Positions 60,726-64,000 of a stretch of 64,000 nt of DNA are shown in pieces. A program made the translations under genes and the position numbers. The stretch is from an uncultured Myxococcia bacterium. GTDB lineage: Bacteria; Myxococcota_A; JAVEVO01; CAYZFJ01. The stretch spans positions 11,380-75,379 of the forward strand of contig CAYZFJ010000001.1 in the NCBI GenBank assembly GCA_964477705.1. Reading direction: 5' to 3'. The notes beneath the pieces were generated by a model that saw nothing but the letters and a program-made list of their open reading frames with translations, did not search any database and was not told the DNA's origin. Numbering within the stretch: the stretch's first letter is position 1; every line of letters starts with the position of its first letter.

Positions 60726-63323
60726 ATGGATAAACTGGAGAAGCCCCCACTCGATACATCCTCTTTCGCCGAGTCCGCCCCTTTACCATCACCACCAGGG
60801 CTGCCCGAACAGCTTAAAATCCTGATGAGGGATGGGCTCTTTGACCAGGCCGCAGACCTGCTTCAGGCAACCGACACTAAAGCAGAGATAGACGCGCCCC
60901 TCCACCACCAATTGGCCGTCCTGGCCGAAGAGTTGGGCGTCCTGGACAAGGCGGTGCTTGAGTATAATCTCTCACTGCGTGATGTGCCTGAACAACCCGC
61001 TGTTCTTCTGCGTCTTGCTCGATTACGTCGTGACCAGGGCGATGGGGATAGAGCACTGAGGGCCTATGGAAGATTGCTTCAGCTTGAGCCAGAAAATGTA
61101 CAAGCACGCATAGAGGCTGCCGACGTCTTGGTCGAGCTTGGCAGGTATGGTGAGTCGGCCAACCTCTTGCGTGTTGGCCTTGCTTATTCGGAGAATGTGC
61201 AGTTAAAGACTGCCCTGCGGCGCCTGAACATTGTTGATGGAAGTAGGGTAAGGTCTGCGACTGCTTGTGGGTTCTCAGATGCTGGTACAGGAGATGATTA
61301 TGACGGCACCAGTACCAGCGCTGACCCAAACAGTGATTATAGCGACAATAGTGGTAATGACGAGAAGCGAATGGGCGATGGTGCGGTTCTGGGGTTGGGC
61401 ACAGGAGTGGAGGCTGGGCCTAAGGCTGGGCCTAACGCTGTACCAGTAATTGGGTCTGACTGGGGGGCAAATCAGGAAACAGGGAGGGTGGATCCAGGCG
61501 CAAACCGTGGCAGTCTTGCTTTGCGGTCTGATTGCCTGGTACCTGATGATGTGGATTTAGTTGTGTTTTCTTCTCTGTTTGCGGGTCGAGAAGGCTTTTA
61601 TGCCAGACAGTGGGCAAGCGCATCTGGTAAACACGGTTATACGCCAATAGCAGAGCCATTCACTCCTCACGTTGCCCGTGGCCACCTGCTTGGCAATCAT
61701 ACGATTGGCATTTATCCGGTTCGGATGGATCATTCTGCTCTGTTTCTCGCTTTTGATATTGATATTGCCAAGTTTGCTTTGGGAAGGTGGAACGGTGCTG
61801 GCAGCGTTGTTGGCAGCGGTGTTGGTGAGGGTAAGAGTGGGGCGTCTGGAGGTCGTGCTGCCTTGCCCGGCCATCCTATGTTGCGTCTCGCACATCAGGT
61901 CGCTGTTGGTCTGGTGAGGGCAGCGGCATCCCTTGGTGTCCCAGCCTATCTTGAAGACTCTGGCAGCAAAGGCCGCCATGTCTGGATCTTCTTTGAGACT
62001 CCCATACCGGCAGTTGCAGCCAGAAGAATTGGCAATGCAATTATCGCAGGCTCCCCCGTGGCATGTCCCCCGGAAATTACTATTGAGGTGTTCCCCAAAC
62101 AGAATCGGGTGGATAAGGATGGTGGTCTTGGCAACCTGATTAAGCTGCCCCTCGGTATTCACCTTGTTTCAGGAAGTCGCAGCCTGTTTCTGGATGAAGG
62201 TGGCAGGCCGGTTCGAGAGCAATTAGCCTACATCCGCTCGATAAAGCGCCTCTCACGGGTGGCTGTGGCAGACTTGCTCCGTGGGCTATCTGTGGTTGAT
62301 GATCCTCTCGTCACAAGAGGGAGCGGGGGACACATGCCCAGGCAAGGGCAGCTGGCAAGTCGCCAATCAGTAAATATAAAGAGCAGTCGTGGTTATGAAG
62401 TAGCAGGGCTGGCTGATGAGATGGGGGTTTGCCCTGGTGTGGTTGATGAGGTTGATGATTTACCTGAGCTTGATGAGCTTGATGAGCTTTGTGGAAGCTA
62501 CTCGGAGGCAGGCAATCGGGCCCATGGTGGTGCAGCGGCGGGGAGTGGACTTAGGCCCGGTTCTAGGCCCGGGTCTGCACAATATGTGGGCCCATTAGGT
62601 GCTGCCGGACCTGAGGTGCCACAGTACAACCTTGATGCCGATGAAGAGTTTCTATGGCTTACCCAAAAATGCCCGGTTATTGCCCAGATTGTGCGCCGGG
62701 TGCGAGAGGACAGGATTCTGCCCAACTCCCATCGCCTGATTGTTACCTATACTGTGGGGCATCTCCCAACCGGGCCCCAGGCAGTGAACACCATATTATC
62801 GTTTGCCCTCAATACGGATCGATCCTTGTTCCTTAAGTCTACGCTTAAGGGTAATCCCATGAGTTGTCCCAAGATCCGTTCTCATCTATCAGATTTGGCA
62901 AGCGCAGTGGAATGTAATTGTCGTTTTAATATGAGAGATGGCATGTATCCCACTCCTCTTTTGCATCTACAGTCGTTGAGATTGAGCGGAACCATAGGAG
63001 CTAGCCCGGGAGAGCTTGGCATGTTGCAGGTGGAACGAATGGTGTCTGATCTTTTCCGGCTTCGTGGCGAAATTGAGCGCAGCGAGAGATTGGCAAGGCA
63101 GATTGAGTCCCGGCTACTTGAGGTGATGAATGAGCACCAAGTGCGGGAATTGAGCGTGCCATCGGGGATTCTGCGGCTGCAGCCTGCTTCGGGCGGCCAG
63201 GAACATGACGAGCTTGTATTGGGACTGCCGGGTGAGAGTGTGTGTATGGCTGGTGGGGGGAGCATGGTTGTAGGGACGGGCGTAGGAGAAGATGTGGCAG
63301 CGACCACAAAAGAAACCAGATAA
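60726..63323 (+). CDS. TPR-repeat + primase-polymerase (archaeo-eukaryotic primase superfamily, CAPP-like) protein with C-terminal Cys/His-containing domain
   Basis: AEP motifs: FLAFDIDI (DxD), SGSKGRHVWIFF (sGxGxH), NLIKLPLGIHLVSGSR (motif III); N-terminal ~200 aa TPR-like helical repeats; GGGAGG RBS. Confidence 0.6.
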   Translation: MDKLEKPPLDTSSFAESAPLPSPPGLPEQLKILMRDGLFDQAADLLQATDTKAEIDAPLHHQLAVLAEELGVLDKAVLEYNLSLRDVPEQPAVLLRLARLRRDQGDGDRALRAYGRLLQLEPENVQARIEAADVLVELGRYGESANLLRVGLAYSENVQLKTALRRLNIVDGSRVRSATACGFSDAGTGDDYDGTSTSADPNSDYSDNSGNDEKRMGDGAVLGLGTGVEAGPKAGPNAVPVIGSDWGANQETGRVDPGANRGSLALRSDCLVPDDVDLVVFSSLFAGREGFYARQWASASGKHGYTPIAEPFTPHVARGHLLGNHTIGIYPVRMDHSALFLAFDIDIAKFALGRWNGAGSVVGSGVGEGKSGASGGRAALPGHPMLRLAHQVAVGLVRAAASLGVPAYLEDSGSKGRHVWIFFETPIPAVAARRIGNAIIAGSPVACPPEITIEVFPKQNRVDKDGGLGNLIKLPLGIHLVSGSRSLFLDEGGRPVREQLAYIRSIKRLSRVAVADLLRGLSVVDDPLVTRGSGGHMPRQGQLASRQSVNIKSSRGYEVAGLADEMGVCPGVVDEVDDLPELDELDELCGSYSEAGNRAHGGAAAGSGLRPGSRPGSAQYVGPLGAAGPEVPQYNLDADEEFLWLTQKCPVIAQIVRRVREDRILPNSHRLIVTYTVGHLPTGPQAVNTILSFALNTDRSLFLKSTLKGNPMSCPKIRSHLSDLASAVECNCRFNMRDGMYPTPLLHLQSLRLSGTIGASPGELGMLQVERMVSDLFRLRGEIERSERLARQIESRLLEVMNEHQVRELSVPSGILRLQPASGGQEHDELVLGLPGESVCMAGGGSMVVGTGVGEDVAATTKETR

Positions 63324-63343
63324 GCACTGATAAGCACCAAACA

Positions 63344-64000
63344 ATGTCTTCAATTCTTTATGTAACTGAACAGGGGAGTGAACTCGGCATACAGCGTACC
63401 CGTCTGGAGGTCAGGAAGGGTGGACGTGTGCTGAACTCCGTGCGTTTTGAAGATCTTGGTCAAGTAGTCTTGTGCGGCAATGTACAGCTCTCCATTCAGG
63501 CAATACGCTCTCTGCTGCGTAATGGAATCGACACGGTGTTTCTTACAATGGGGGGCTCGTTTCTAGGCAGGCTCTCAGGACCGATGGGCAAGAATGTGGA
63601 GCTGCGTCACCTTCAGCACCAGCTCCTTGATGATCCTGAACAGACCCTTGAGATCGCCAGGCGAATGGTAGCAGGCAAGCTGGCTAATTCGGTTGCTTTG
63701 CTCCGTCGTTATCAAAGGAGCAGACAAGATGACCGGATTGCCCGACCCATGGTAGCTATCAGATTGCTCGGAGAGAGATTAGCCGAGGTAGATAACCTTG
63801 ATGCCCTGAGAGGGATGGAAGGCAAAGCCGCTGCCGACTATTTCAGTGCCTTTCCTGCATTGCTCATGGCCCCGGGAATGGATTTCGTCAAGCGGGTAAG
63901 AAGGCCGCCGCCTGATCCGGTCAATATTCTTTTGTCTCTCGGGTACACAATGCTTGGAAACCTGGTGCAGGGGATGGTTGAGCTGGCAGGCTTGGACCCA
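63344..64000 (+). CDS. cas1: CRISPR-associated endonuclease Cas1, 3' truncated by window edge
   Basis: MSSILYVTEQGSELG N-terminus; RVRRPPPDPVNILLSLGYTML conserved Cas1 segment; 20 nt after Prim-Pol gene. Confidence 0.8.
   Translation, partial: MSSILYVTEQGSELGIQRTRLEVRKGGRVLNSVRFEDLGQVVLCGNVQLSIQAIRSLLRNGIDTVFLTMGGSFLGRLSGPMGKNVELRHLQHQLLDDPEQTLEIARRMVAGKLANSVALLRRYQRSRQDDRIARPMVAIRLLGERLAEVDNLDALRGMEGKAAADYFSAFPALLMAPGMDFVKRVRRPPPDPVNILLSLGYTMLGNLVQGMVELAGLDP

Overview
64 kb chromosomal window, high GC, bacterial; tandem Cys-rich repeats of the kind I associate with Myxococcota/Deltaproteobacteria suggest that lineage. Most of the window is conserved core, with ordinary intergenic spacing and RBSs. 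The core block on the minus strand is: tRNA-Thr/Tyr/Gly/Thr, tuf, rpmG, tRNA-Trp, secE, nusG, rplK, rplA, rplJ, rplL, rpoB, rpoC. Beyond that block sit tsaC, yhbY and queG. On the plus strand there is a nucleoside-catabolism operon (deoC, deoB, pyrimidine nucleoside phosphorylase, purine nucleoside phosphorylase, cdd), uppP, a phosphohexomutase, a ROK kinase, ppsA, a second PEP-utilising enzyme with rifampin-phosphotransferase-like architecture, a thiolase, and a sulfur-trafficking set (ArsR regulator + CoADR-rhodanese-TusA-DsrE fusion; a DsrE/F-like pair). Accessory content includes three secreted Cys-rich (lipo)proteins, one of them 1410 aa carrying an in-frame hexanucleotide SSR. A 4 kb gene of Cys-rich repeats, Big_2 domains and an FGE-sulfatase domain is broken by at least 3 frameshifts and preceded by an AT-rich island. 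There is an orphan FliQ/SctS-like gene, a RadC-DUF3006 pair, and a VIT1-DUF211 pair. A REP-like palindromic repeat family (core GGGCACGGCATGCCGTGCCC) occurs at 7 intergenic loci. The ORF track missed two small ribosomal protein genes, rpmG and a bS22-like 32-aa gene. The most interesting feature is at the 3' end (59.3-64.0 kb): a tight same-strand module of a 66-aa Cas10/Cas3-type HD-motif fragment, a Cas6-like RAMP with Zn-finger-like cysteines, an 865-aa TPR + primase-polymerase (AEP) protein, and cas1 truncated by the window edge. This resembles Cas6-RT-Cas1 adaptation modules with the RT replaced by a Prim-Pol. No CRISPR array lies inside the window.
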